Positions 46,859 through 55,659 of a stretch of 64,000 bases of DNA are shown here, in pieces (position 1 is the first letter of the stretch; the number at the start of each line of letters is the position of its first letter). The DNA lies in assembly GCA_018303655.1 (NCBI GenBank), contig JAGVXT010000007.1, positions 18,228-82,227 of the forward strand, given 5' to 3'. The position numbers were made by a program, and so were the translations under genes. The notes beneath the pieces are model-generated. The model was not told the origin of the DNA and made no database searches. It saw only the letters and a list, made by a program, of their open reading frames with translations. This DNA is from Candidatus Woesearchaeota archaeon. Lineage in GTDB: Archaea > Nanobdellota > Nanobdellia > Woesearchaeales > GW2011-AR4.

Positions 46859-47590
46859 TTATATTTCAAGCTTTTCCAGTATTTCCTGCCTGCTTATTTC
46901 CTTTATATCGCCGGCTTTCAGGTTTCCCAAAGCCAATCCGCCAATTGAAACCCTTTTCAGATAAGCAACTTTGTTGCCAACTGTTTCAAACATTTTCCTA
47001 ATCTGCCTTTTCTTGCCTTCTGTTATGGAAATGTAAACCTCATTTTCCTTTACTTTTTTTATCCTGCATTTTGTTGTCTTGTATTTGGCATCATCTATTT
47101 CAATTATGACTCCTTTCTCGAGCAGTTTTAAGCTGTCGTTGGCTGCTGGATTTTCAAGGACTGCATTGTATCTTTTTATTATTTCATTTTTTGGATGCAT
47201 TATGAAGTCAGAAAGCTTTCCGTCATTCGTTATTATCATCAGCCCTTCAGTGTCCTTGTCGAGCCTTCCGACTGCAGACAATGACTGGATTTCCTCTTGT
47301 GAAAGATGCAATTTAATTAATAAGTCGTAGATTGTTTTCTCGCTTTCCGCCTTTTGGGACAAATAGCCAGCTGGCTTGTTCATGAGAAAGTAAAGCTTCC
47401 TGGCTTTTTTTATTTTTTTATTCTCTGTTTTCACCAATGACTTTTTCGGGTTAAAAAAATAATTTGGGTTATTGATTATTTCGTTATTGACATAGATTTT
47501 GCCGCTTATTATTGATTCAATGCAATCCTGCATCCTCCTGAATTTGCCTGATTTCATCAGGAACTGCTTCAATGATGTTTTTTTGGACAT
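46859..47590 (-). CDS. Pseudouridine synthase, RsuA/RluB-type (S4 domain plus catalytic domain)
   Basis: AVGRLDKDTEGLMIITNDG catalytic Asp motif and an N-terminal S4-like region. Confidence 0.8.
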   Translation of the reverse strand: MSKKTSLKQFLMKSGKFRRMQDCIESIISGKIYVNNEIINNPNYFFNPKKSLVKTENKKIKKARKLYFLMNKPAGYLSQKAESEKTIYDLLIKLHLSQEEIQSLSAVGRLDKDTEGLMIITNDGKLSDFIMHPKNEIIKRYNAVLENPAANDSLKLLEKGVIIEIDDAKYKTTKCRIKKVKENEVYISITEGKKRQIRKMFETVGNKVAYLKRVSIGGLALGNLKAGDIKEISRQEILEKLEI

Positions 47591-47598
47591 GGCTGGAA

Positions 47599-47976
47599 CT
47601 ATCTCTTCTCAATTATTTGGACGTTTCCGCTTAATTCAACAAAAGTCACATTGTCGCCTTCATTCAATTCATTTAATACTTCAGAAGATGCAGTTGCATC
47701 AAGAGTCTCATAAGTTACCATGTCCATTACCTGCGCCTTATTGCTTGTTTTGGATATGATTTGCCCCAGCTTTCTTATTATATCGACGATTTCAACCTTG
47801 TCTGTGTGTTGGAAAGTGACCGTTTTTTCCCCTTTTTCATTCAGTCCCTGAATGTAGAATTTCAGCTTGCTGTGGGAGTGAGTGCCGACAACAATCACTT
47901 CCCTTCTTAAAACCCTGACAGGCTCATTGTTGTAGATGAAGTAATTTCCACGTTCGAGTTCTTGGGCGGTGGACAT
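47599..47976 (-). CDS. eif5a: Translation initiation factor 5A
   Basis: MSTAQELERGNYFIYNNEPVRVL...VGTHSHSKLK (hypusine-loop region), 125 aa from the internal Met. Confidence 0.8.
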   Translation of the reverse strand: MSTAQELERGNYFIYNNEPVRVLRREVIVVGTHSHSKLKFYIQGLNEKGEKTVTFQHTDKVEIVDIIRKLGQIISKTSNKAQVMDMVTYETLDATASSEVLNELNEGDNVTFVELSGNVQIIEKR

Positions 47977-48013
47977 TTTTATTAAATTAAATATAGAAAA
48001 TATGATCGATATA

Positions 48014-48226
48014 TCAATCTTTCTTAGCAACTATATCTAAATTATCGTATCTCACAGTGAAACTTCCAATACTGGCACTCTCCTGATAACTTCCTGAAAT
48101 TTGGTGTATACCTGCCCTTAAAGTTAAAACATATGTTCTAAATTCAAGAGTTTTACTATATGATTGTTCTTTATCGTCAAGAGCGCAACTGAACTCTTCC
48201 TTTAAAGCATTAAATATGCCCGGCAT
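48014..48226 (-). CDS. Hypothetical small protein
   Basis: ORF only. Confidence 0.2.
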   Translation of the reverse strand: MPGIFNALKEEFSCALDDKEQSYSKTLEFRTYVLTLRAGIHQISGSYQESASIGSFTVRYDNLDIVAKKD

Positions 48227-48426
48227 TTTTTAGTGGCAGACAAAAAATGCCGAGCACAAATTATTGTCGCCGCAAAGTCGACGAATTTATTTATTTAAAA
48301 CTACTAATTTTGACTGTTAAGGTTATTATTGTTGTTAGAATATTCATAATCAAGAATTCACTTTGTTATCTACTGATATAAAAGATAAATATATATATAC
48401 ATGTATAATTGATAGACGTTAAAAAC

Positions 48427-51400
48427 ATGTTCAAAAGAGGTTACAGTACAGGTATAGTAATATTTTTATTTTTACTTCTTGTTCTCGCTGGTCTTTATTT
48501 TAAGAAGCCATCTATAACTGGTTTTCAAGTAAAAGCAGATGCAGTTAATACGGCATTATCAGTAATTAATGAAGGCTCTGCCATAACTATTATTGCACCT
48601 GCGGTATTTGAAATTAAATTTGACTCCAGCAGAGGAGGCAGCATAACAAACTGGTATGATTTAAAAAATGATCCTTCAAAAACATTGCAGCTCTCTGGCA
48701 TCTTGCTGCAATGGGAATTTTTCTGGAACGGCGGCAACATATACTCGATCCATGCTGCAGATCCTTTGACCTTAGCGGAAAATACTCCGGCAAGAGTAAA
48801 ATTGACGACTAATGTGGCAATAAACGGTCTTCCATATCTGATAAGCTATACTATCTATCCGAGCGGGTTAATCGTAGAAGACTACAAGCTTGTTAACAAT
48901 CTTGCTACTCCTTTTAATTTTACACAGGTTACATTCAAGCTTGCAGTTGGAGTAACAAACAATTACTTAAAGTACTATGACGGAGCTGAGCAAACCTATA
49001 TTAAGAGAGTGTATAATATAGATTCATGGATGCAAGTTAAAGGAAATGTATCAACTGCAAGTAAATTTTCCACGGTGCGCCACTTCATACGCTCCGGAAC
49101 ATGGCAATATGACACACTTTATTCTTATCAAGCAATACTTGGCTTTAGGAGCGGCCAGTTTTTAATATCGCCTGGGCAAACAGAAAACATAATTTGGTAC
49201 ACGACAATAGCTCCTGATGCCACTGTCTTGTCATCTAGCGCAGAAGTTGAAAAGTATACAATAGATTATAGGTCTCCTGCGAATTTAGTGATGGCTGTTG
49301 GCTCTCTGCTTAAAAATGAAGACGGGGATTTAAACAATGACGGGTTTGTTGAATCAGAAGCAGCCTATGCAATGTCAGCAACCAACAGTCAGGTTTCTTT
49401 CACAATCGATGGTTCAACAATAACAAGGCACTCTCCAATTTTTAAAATAAAAAACTTTAATGCTGACGGAGTTTCAGTTAAAAAAGATGGGGCGTTTTTA
49501 AACCTTGGTTCTGATTTTGTAGCAGCAAAACTTGACGCAACAACATTAGTTGTGCAATATATGGGGGATGTGGCATCAAATTCATTTTTTGAATTTTCTA
49601 CCGGAGTTGCGCTTGATGTGACTGCGCCTTCAATATCAGGCATATCTGCATCGAACATACAGCATAATTCTGTGACAATAAACTGGCTGACTGACGAGCC
49701 ATCAGACTCTCAGGTCGATTATGGGACGGATACATCCTATGGTTTTTCAATGAACGCAGATTCGAAATTAACTTTGTCCCATTCAGCTGCAATCACTGAC
49801 TTGAATCCAGCAACCCCATATAACTTTCGCGTTAAATCAAGAGACTCTTCTGGAAATCTTGCAATTTCGTCCAATAATTTTTTTACTACATTAGCCACAC
49901 CCGATACAAGTCCGCCAATTATATCCTCAATTATAGTTTCCCAGAATACTGAATCGAGCGCAAAAATTATGTGGACAACAGACGAACTTTCTGATTCGCA
50001 AATCGAATATGGGGCATCGACTGCTTATGGATCCTCGTTATCAGACAACTCCATGACAACAACCCATACACTGTCTTTAACAAAGCTGAGCCCAAGCACT
50101 GCATATCACTTCAGGATAAAATCAAAAGACTTGAGCGGAAATACTGCAAATTCATTGGACCAGACTCTAGCTACAACAGCAATAGACACTATAGGGCCAA
50201 ATCCTATTATCGACCTTAACGTGGCTTCCGTCGGCGCAACTTCTGCAACTCTTAAATTTACTGCCACGGGCGACGATGCTGATAAAGGACAAGCAACTGA
50301 TTATGACATAAGATACTCGACAAATCCGATAACAAGCGAAAATTTTGCCTTGGCAGAAAAAGCATCATCGCAAAGCCCGTTGCCGGCGGGCAGCACGGAA
50401 AGCGTTATGGTGACTGGATTGATGCCAAGCGCCAAATATTATTTTGCAATCAAAGCAATCGACGATGCAAGTTTTGTTTCCCAAATATCAAATATTGCAG
50501 AAGCTACAACTGTCCAATCAACACTTGGCAGGTTTGGAGGCGACACAAGGCTCAAGAGCTCTGTGAATAATGTTAATGTCAATTTCATCGGCAAAGTATC
50601 ATCGATAGCTACTTATTCAATGACAGATTCGACTGCAAGGTTTCCAACTGACGGAAGATTGAGTGGAAAGCTCATTAATCCCGATATCGATAGAGGCGAT
50701 AGTGGAGATCCAAACTATGGTGAAAAATGGTATAGGATTGCATCAAACACCGAGACAACAATTTATACCAACCCCGATGATGGAAGCATGCTAAAGGCAG
50801 GAACTCCACCAAAGACAGGAAGCAGGTATATGGTGACTGGTGTTTTTACAACAGAAAAAATAGGAAATAGGTGGTGGTTTATTGACCCGGAAGGAAATGC
50901 GTTTTTCCCAAGGGCAATTAGCTTGTCAACAAGCGGTGACACATACGGCACTGTTCAAAAATACGATGCAATTTATCTGCAAAAATCAAGCGGTGAATTC
51001 TCCAAGAATTTGAACAAGGAAGCAGAAACTACATTCCAGTCAGACGTTGTCGACGACCGCAAAGTCACTGTTCAGAATATTAACGATGCATTGTATATTG
51101 GCTCACTAAAGCCTTTTGACATCACTTACTTCTATGTAAGCCAACTCGGCGCAGGCGGCAAAATGCAATGGTATTACTCTGCTTCCGACGGCAGCTGGAA
51201 ACTGATAAATAGGCTGGGATATCCTTCAGCAGCTGCAAAGAGAAATACAGACAATTCTTATTATTTTGATGTCGGAAATTATCTAGGCCCTAATCCTGAC
51301 GGAAGTGGAACTTTAACTTGGGGCGATCCAAAAGGAAATAAACTAAGCTGGTGGACAATAAATTGGACATACGCAGGAGGTGATGATACTGTTTATCCAA

Positions 51401-54400
51401 AAGACTTTGCACCTATTGCCTTGCCTAATGACAATATGCCTAGGTATTATATTAGAGGGATTGTAACTGCGGCATATTCAACTCCTCCCGTGGTGGCTCA
51501 AATCTATGATACTCCTTCCCCATCAGATACTGCCGTATTAAAGTATGCCCGCCAAAAAAGCAATCCTGATATTCTTTGGCTAAATACGACCATGCAGAGA
51601 TTTAGGACGTGGGGATGGAATGCAGCCGGCCAATACTCATACGGATTCTATACAAGAGATGGGTATTTTCCCTTTGATAGACTCCCTGTTGAGGCAATCA
51701 ACCAATTGTCAGGCTCAGCTGTAAGAACAGATTATCCATGGAAAGTAAAGAATGTGTATGAAGGGGCAAAATGCCCGCCAGGAAGCAGCAACCTTGTATA
51801 TCAAGGAACTCATGCAGACGTTTTTGAGCCAAATTATAAGCATGCAATTGAAAACCAAGCAAATAAAACCTTGTCAAGCAACCCTTGGAATTTCATGTAT
51901 GCAGTCGAGGAAGCAGATTGGGTTTTTGGATTTGCGACAACTACTCATGACCATATGGGATATATAATATTGTCGCAAAATCCATACCGGGCAAAAGGAA
52001 GCGGCATGTACGGCGGCACGGTTATCGACTATCCAGACCAAAAATTATATTCCAAGTATGCAATGAGGGATTTTTTAAGGTTTAGGCACAAGCCAGCATC
52101 AGAAACATTGATTCCATTGACAATAAATTCAGCAATACCTCTTTATACTTATTCTTCAATCCCGAGCGGTAGTGAGCTCATTGCTTTGCAGAATCTTAAC
52201 ATGGCATGGGGCGCCAATTATACGACGTGGGATACCTCATCCGGCAATTTAAATGATGGTACAAATGCATACGGAAAAGGCAGCGGATTTATGGATGAAA
52301 ATGGAAAAAGCGTATTCTCGGGGTATTGTGGTAATATAAGTTATGAAAAATTCAGCAAGCCTAGATACAGCTCAGTAAAAAAAGACTTAGATGATTTTAT
52401 TGCGTTTTTTGCTGAGAGATATGGATTAATAATATATAGTGCGGTCCGTCCTCGAACAGTCAATTTAATTGCTCTGCCGTTTTACAACCCTCCAGACTTT
52501 GTTGCAGGAGCCGTGCAGCCATACGCAGATGTTCTTTGGACATCGATTCAATCTCTTGATCAGTTAAATACGCGCTTTGTGCCCATTTACAACAATTTCC
52601 GCAAGCCAATACACATTACAGATTACAGGACATCTAATCATGATTCTCCTCTTGATTTTGGAGGATTAATAACTGCGCTAAGCTATGATGCGGCAAAAGA
52701 CACAACAACAATAAGCTACACGGGTGGTAGGCCATATAAGTTTAGAATGTCCTGGTTAGTGGAATTTCCAGAGGCAAAGGATATTTTGCCAAGTTCTACA
52801 TGCGGTTACAGAACTCCGACAGCAAGACCTAAGAAAATCAGCTGGGATTCCATCGAAATAAGTTATAATTATGCCAAATGCTTAAAGGTTGGCCAGCGCA
52901 TAAGAATTTCTGATGGGCTTGATAGGCAGGAAGACAGGGCACAATTAATAAAAAATTTGATTGATGGTGCAACAAACACGAAAGGAGATGATGGAACTTA
53001 CTTTGTTGCTGGATGGGAGCATTGGTCATTGATGGATAATCCACTTTTGCACGGAAACGAGAACTTTAATTTTGGATTTGTGACTGCGCTTGACAATGCA
53101 TATGATGGGGTAGAAGCAAGAAAAACTGTTGGAAAAGACGCAAATGGAAGATGGATAGGAGGAGAAGACGACGATTATGGTGTTTTTATAGGGCCATCTA
53201 GCCCTCTCACAATTTTCCTTAACAATTTATATGACAAACTTATAACAGGGACGAGCAAAATTGATGATAACACACCTCCGTCAATATCAAGTGTTTCTAT
53301 AAATTCAATCACAATAAATTCTGCAGTAATTTCATGGAAAACTTCAGAATTATCTAATTCAGAAATCGAGTATGGGACGGGCATTTTATACGGGCAAAAA
53401 ATATTCTTGACAAATCAGGTTACAACTCACACAGCAACGCTCGATAAACTTCTTTCTAATACTGTTTATCACTTCAGAGTCAAATCAAGAGATGCATCCG
53501 GCAATGCTGCAACCTCAAATGATTTTACTTTTGTTACACTTGCTACAATACCAATTTCTCCTGTCGACTCAGACAATGACGGAATTCCTGATATATTAGA
53601 CAAATGCCCAGGCACAACATCGAGTATTGTAAATATTTATGGCTGCCCTTTGTCATTATATACAAAATTTTCAAATAATCTGACTACGAATTTATCTCAA
53701 GTTGATTTAAAAAGTATAAGTTCTTTCAGCATTGGAATTGATGGTATAGGGCAAATTGTATTTAATAATGCGATTGATTTAATCGGAGATTACAATAATC
53801 CAACCCAGATTAATCTGGATTCTGCATTCAATATTTCTGTCAATAAAATTGGATTTGATGACAGTTTATATCCTCAATTTAATACTACATCAACTATCAT
53901 TTTATTAAATTTAAACATTTCAAATCCTGTTGTCATAAAAGATAATTCAATATGCACAGAATGTTCGATTTTGAGTTTTGCCGACAATGATATACTGTTT
54001 ATAGTCCCTCATTTTACAGAATATTCTGTTGATGAAGGTTATTACTGCGGAGATTCATATTGCTCATCTTTAGAAAGCTGCTCAGCTTGCTCAACTGATT
54101 GCGGGAGTTGCCCAGCAGAAAGTTCATCTGGCTCATCTGGGGGTTCGGGTGGTGGCTCAGGAGGTAGTTCAGGTGGAGGTGGAAGCATATCAACGGAAAC
54201 TCTATACTGGCAATGCAGCGATTGGAGTAGTTGCAGCGATTTAGGAATCCAAACAAGAACTTGTTCCTTAGTTGCTAGCTTAAGTGTATCTCTTACAAAG
54301 CCAAGTGAGACGCAGACATGCAAAAAAGAGATTATGATTGACAATCAAAATGAAATTCCAGAAATTCAAGAACCCAGACAAATCGAGATTACACCAGAGC

Positions 54401-54693
54401 CGAAGGAAGAAATATGGGTCAAGTCGAAAAAATTAAGTATGTCATTCATTGTAGCAGGAATTATGTTTGTTGTCATTGTGCTTGTAGGAGGAGGAGTGCT
54501 TGAAATCAAGTCGCACAGAAAAAAAGAGTTTAATGAACTGGAAAAGATGATTGGCAAGGAATCTGCTTATACTTTGTTCATGTACGTTAAATTAATGCGC
54601 TCCAAAGGACTGAGCAACAAAGTCATTAAAGAATCTTTGATTAAGAATGGGTGGGAAAAAGGTATTATAGAAAAGGTTTTGAAGGGATTGTGA
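48427..54693 (+). CDS. Giant (about 2088 aa) cell-surface protein: N-terminal TM/signal anchor, four Fn3-like repeats, a large central domain, a TSP3-like Ca-binding motif, a Gly/Ser linker, a Cys-rich WxxW module, a C-terminal TM and a cytoplasmic tail
   Basis: Repeated ...I.W.TDE.SDSQ(V/I)(D/E)YG...Y....S.....H......L.P.T.Y.FR(V/I)KS(R/K)D.SGN units (three copies; a fourth Fn3-like unit is divergent). Also DSDNDGIPDILDKCPG, SSGSSGGSGGGSGGSSGGGGS and YWQCSDWSSCS. The TM is FIVAGIMFVVIVLVGGGVL. Confidence 0.7.
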   Translation: MFKRGYSTGIVIFLFLLLVLAGLYFKKPSITGFQVKADAVNTALSVINEGSAITIIAPAVFEIKFDSSRGGSITNWYDLKNDPSKTLQLSGILLQWEFFWNGGNIYSIHAADPLTLAENTPARVKLTTNVAINGLPYLISYTIYPSGLIVEDYKLVNNLATPFNFTQVTFKLAVGVTNNYLKYYDGAEQTYIKRVYNIDSWMQVKGNVSTASKFSTVRHFIRSGTWQYDTLYSYQAILGFRSGQFLISPGQTENIIWYTTIAPDATVLSSSAEVEKYTIDYRSPANLVMAVGSLLKNEDGDLNNDGFVESEAAYAMSATNSQVSFTIDGSTITRHSPIFKIKNFNADGVSVKKDGAFLNLGSDFVAAKLDATTLVVQYMGDVASNSFFEFSTGVALDVTAPSISGISASNIQHNSVTINWLTDEPSDSQVDYGTDTSYGFSMNADSKLTLSHSAAITDLNPATPYNFRVKSRDSSGNLAISSNNFFTTLATPDTSPPIISSIIVSQNTESSAKIMWTTDELSDSQIEYGASTAYGSSLSDNSMTTTHTLSLTKLSPSTAYHFRIKSKDLSGNTANSLDQTLATTAIDTIGPNPIIDLNVASVGATSATLKFTATGDDADKGQATDYDIRYSTNPITSENFALAEKASSQSPLPAGSTESVMVTGLMPSAKYYFAIKAIDDASFVSQISNIAEATTVQSTLGRFGGDTRLKSSVNNVNVNFIGKVSSIATYSMTDSTARFPTDGRLSGKLINPDIDRGDSGDPNYGEKWYRIASNTETTIYTNPDDGSMLKAGTPPKTGSRYMVTGVFTTEKIGNRWWFIDPEGNAFFPRAISLSTSGDTYGTVQKYDAIYLQKSSGEFSKNLNKEAETTFQSDVVDDRKVTVQNINDALYIGSLKPFDITYFYVSQLGAGGKMQWYYSASDGSWKLINRLGYPSAAAKRNTDNSYYFDVGNYLGPNPDGSGTLTWGDPKGNKLSWWTINWTYAGGDDTVYPKDFAPIALPNDNMPRYYIRGIVTAAYSTPPVVAQIYDTPSPSDTAVLKYARQKSNPDILWLNTTMQRFRTWGWNAAGQYSYGFYTRDGYFPFDRLPVEAINQLSGSAVRTDYPWKVKNVYEGAKCPPGSSNLVYQGTHADVFEPNYKHAIENQANKTLSSNPWNFMYAVEEADWVFGFATTTHDHMGYIILSQNPYRAKGSGMYGGTVIDYPDQKLYSKYAMRDFLRFRHKPASETLIPLTINSAIPLYTYSSIPSGSELIALQNLNMAWGANYTTWDTSSGNLNDGTNAYGKGSGFMDENGKSVFSGYCGNISYEKFSKPRYSSVKKDLDDFIAFFAERYGLIIYSAVRPRTVNLIALPFYNPPDFVAGAVQPYADVLWTSIQSLDQLNTRFVPIYNNFRKPIHITDYRTSNHDSPLDFGGLITALSYDAAKDTTTISYTGGRPYKFRMSWLVEFPEAKDILPSSTCGYRTPTARPKKISWDSIEISYNYAKCLKVGQRIRISDGLDRQEDRAQLIKNLIDGATNTKGDDGTYFVAGWEHWSLMDNPLLHGNENFNFGFVTALDNAYDGVEARKTVGKDANGRWIGGEDDDYGVFIGPSSPLTIFLNNLYDKLITGTSKIDDNTPPSISSVSINSITINSAVISWKTSELSNSEIEYGTGILYGQKIFLTNQVTTHTATLDKLLSNTVYHFRVKSRDASGNAATSNDFTFVTLATIPISPVDSDNDGIPDILDKCPGTTSSIVNIYGCPLSLYTKFSNNLTTNLSQVDLKSISSFSIGIDGIGQIVFNNAIDLIGDYNNPTQINLDSAFNISVNKIGFDDSLYPQFNTTSTIILLNLNISNPVVIKDNSICTECSILSFADNDILFIVPHFTEYSVDEGYYCGDSYCSSLESCSACSTDCGSCPAESSSGSSGGSGGGSGGSSGGGGSISTETLYWQCSDWSSCSDLGIQTRTCSLVASLSVSLTKPSETQTCKKEIMIDNQNEIPEIQEPRQIEITPEPKEEIWVKSKKLSMSFIVAGIMFVVIVLVGGGVLEIKSHRKKEFNELEKMIGKESAYTLFMYVKLMRSKGLSNKVIKESLIKNGWEKGIIEKVLKGL

Positions 54694-54861
54694 AATTGAT
54701 GGAGTTTATAAACTTAATTCAGGAGAATCTGATATTGAAGAAATACGCCTAGTAATACCTAGAAATGTGGCATCTGGTTCATATATCTTAACTTATGAAA
54801 TCATTGATAACAATTTAAATAATCTTTATGCGGAAGCAGATATATTTATTACTGTAAACGA

Positions 54862-55053
54862 TTAAATAATACTCTGCCTTAATGTTCTGACATATTTAAT
54901 GACCCTTGGCTTGCCTATGCCGTTTGCATAGCAGAAGTTATAGAATTTCTCTATAAGCTTCTTATTCAGCTCTGTAATCTTTGAAGAACGCATTGTGCGC
55001 ACAGTTGCCTCAAACATTCTTTCATAGTTGTACATGTCTATGCCTTTTTTCAT
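54862..55053 (-). pseudogene. Possible N-terminal fragment of a tyrosine recombinase/integrase (SAM-like domain only)
   Basis: LNKKLIEKFYNFCYANGIGKPRVIKYVRTL resembles integrase N-terminal core-binding helices. It is only 63 aa and lies 84 nt from a tRNA gene. Confidence 0.3.
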
Positions 55054-55136
55054 TCTATACCTCCATGGCAGAGGTTGCTAATATCCCTTATGTCACTTTT
55101 GTGTACATAAAGTGGGGCTTTTAGAATAAGGATAAA

Positions 55137-55277
55137 CGCCGCGGGGGAGACTTTCAGCATTTGCTTTTGAACTCCCGTATCCTTGCGGACAGTGGATTTT
55201 TGTAAACCACTATGAAAGGTTTATAGCCCATAGCCATGCCAAAAATCACCGCAATGGCCGGGCTATGCGACCGCGGC
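55137..55277 (-). tRNA. Intron-containing tRNA with a long variable arm. The 15-nt T-loop intron at 59/60 (55151..55165) is well supported. A roughly 40-nt insert in the anticodon arm is unresolved, so the identity is uncertain
   Basis: Acceptor GCCGCGG/CCGCGGC, D arm GCAU-AGCCCGGCCA-UUGC and T stem GGGAG/CUCCC. The T-loop insert forms a perfect hBHBh' (UUCA/UGAA helix, bulges AAA and AGU) and leaves UUCAAAU. Confidence 0.65.
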
Positions 55278-55301
55278 ATATTGGAAAGGTTACTTAATTC
55301 A

Positions 55302-55309
55302 TTTATAAA
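55302..55309 (-). promoter_or_regulatory. TATA box for the tRNA at 55137..55277
   Basis: TTTATAAA lies 25-32 nt upstream of tRNA position 1. Confidence 0.45.
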
Positions 55310-55377
55310 AGTTGTTGATTTGTTTAAGGTTGACTATTTTTAAGATTTTAAATCCACCTTGACAAAATCTAGTGCTC

Positions 55378-55420
55378 GAGTGAGTTGTGAGCGAGTGATT
55401 CGCTCACTCGCATGTCGGAC
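55378..55420 (-). repeat. GC-rich palindromic intergenic repeat, copy D (inverted orientation, short spacer)
   Basis: The reverse complement reads GTCCGACATGCGAGTGAGCGAATCACTCGCTCACAACTCAC. Confidence 0.7.
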
Positions 55421-55544
55421 GCTGTTTTGCCACACGCTCAGCCTCGCCGATTTATTCATTGAATAAATTCGAGACAAAAATTCAATGGCAACAGAATTTT
55501 TGCCGAGTGTATCTTACCTCGCAAATCTTCGATTTGTGATGGTG

Positions 55545-55571
55545 ATCGAAAATTGCTTTGCAATTTATCGA
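55545..55571 (+). repeat. 27-nt near-palindromic intergenic repeat, copy 2
   Basis: Identical to 40652..40678. Confidence 0.8.
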
Positions 55572-55659
55572 CATGTTGCGAAGCAACGGATTGAATTTTT
55601 ATATTTGTTATTTCAATCAAACAACAAAACTTATAAATCAACATGTTAATTTATTCAAA

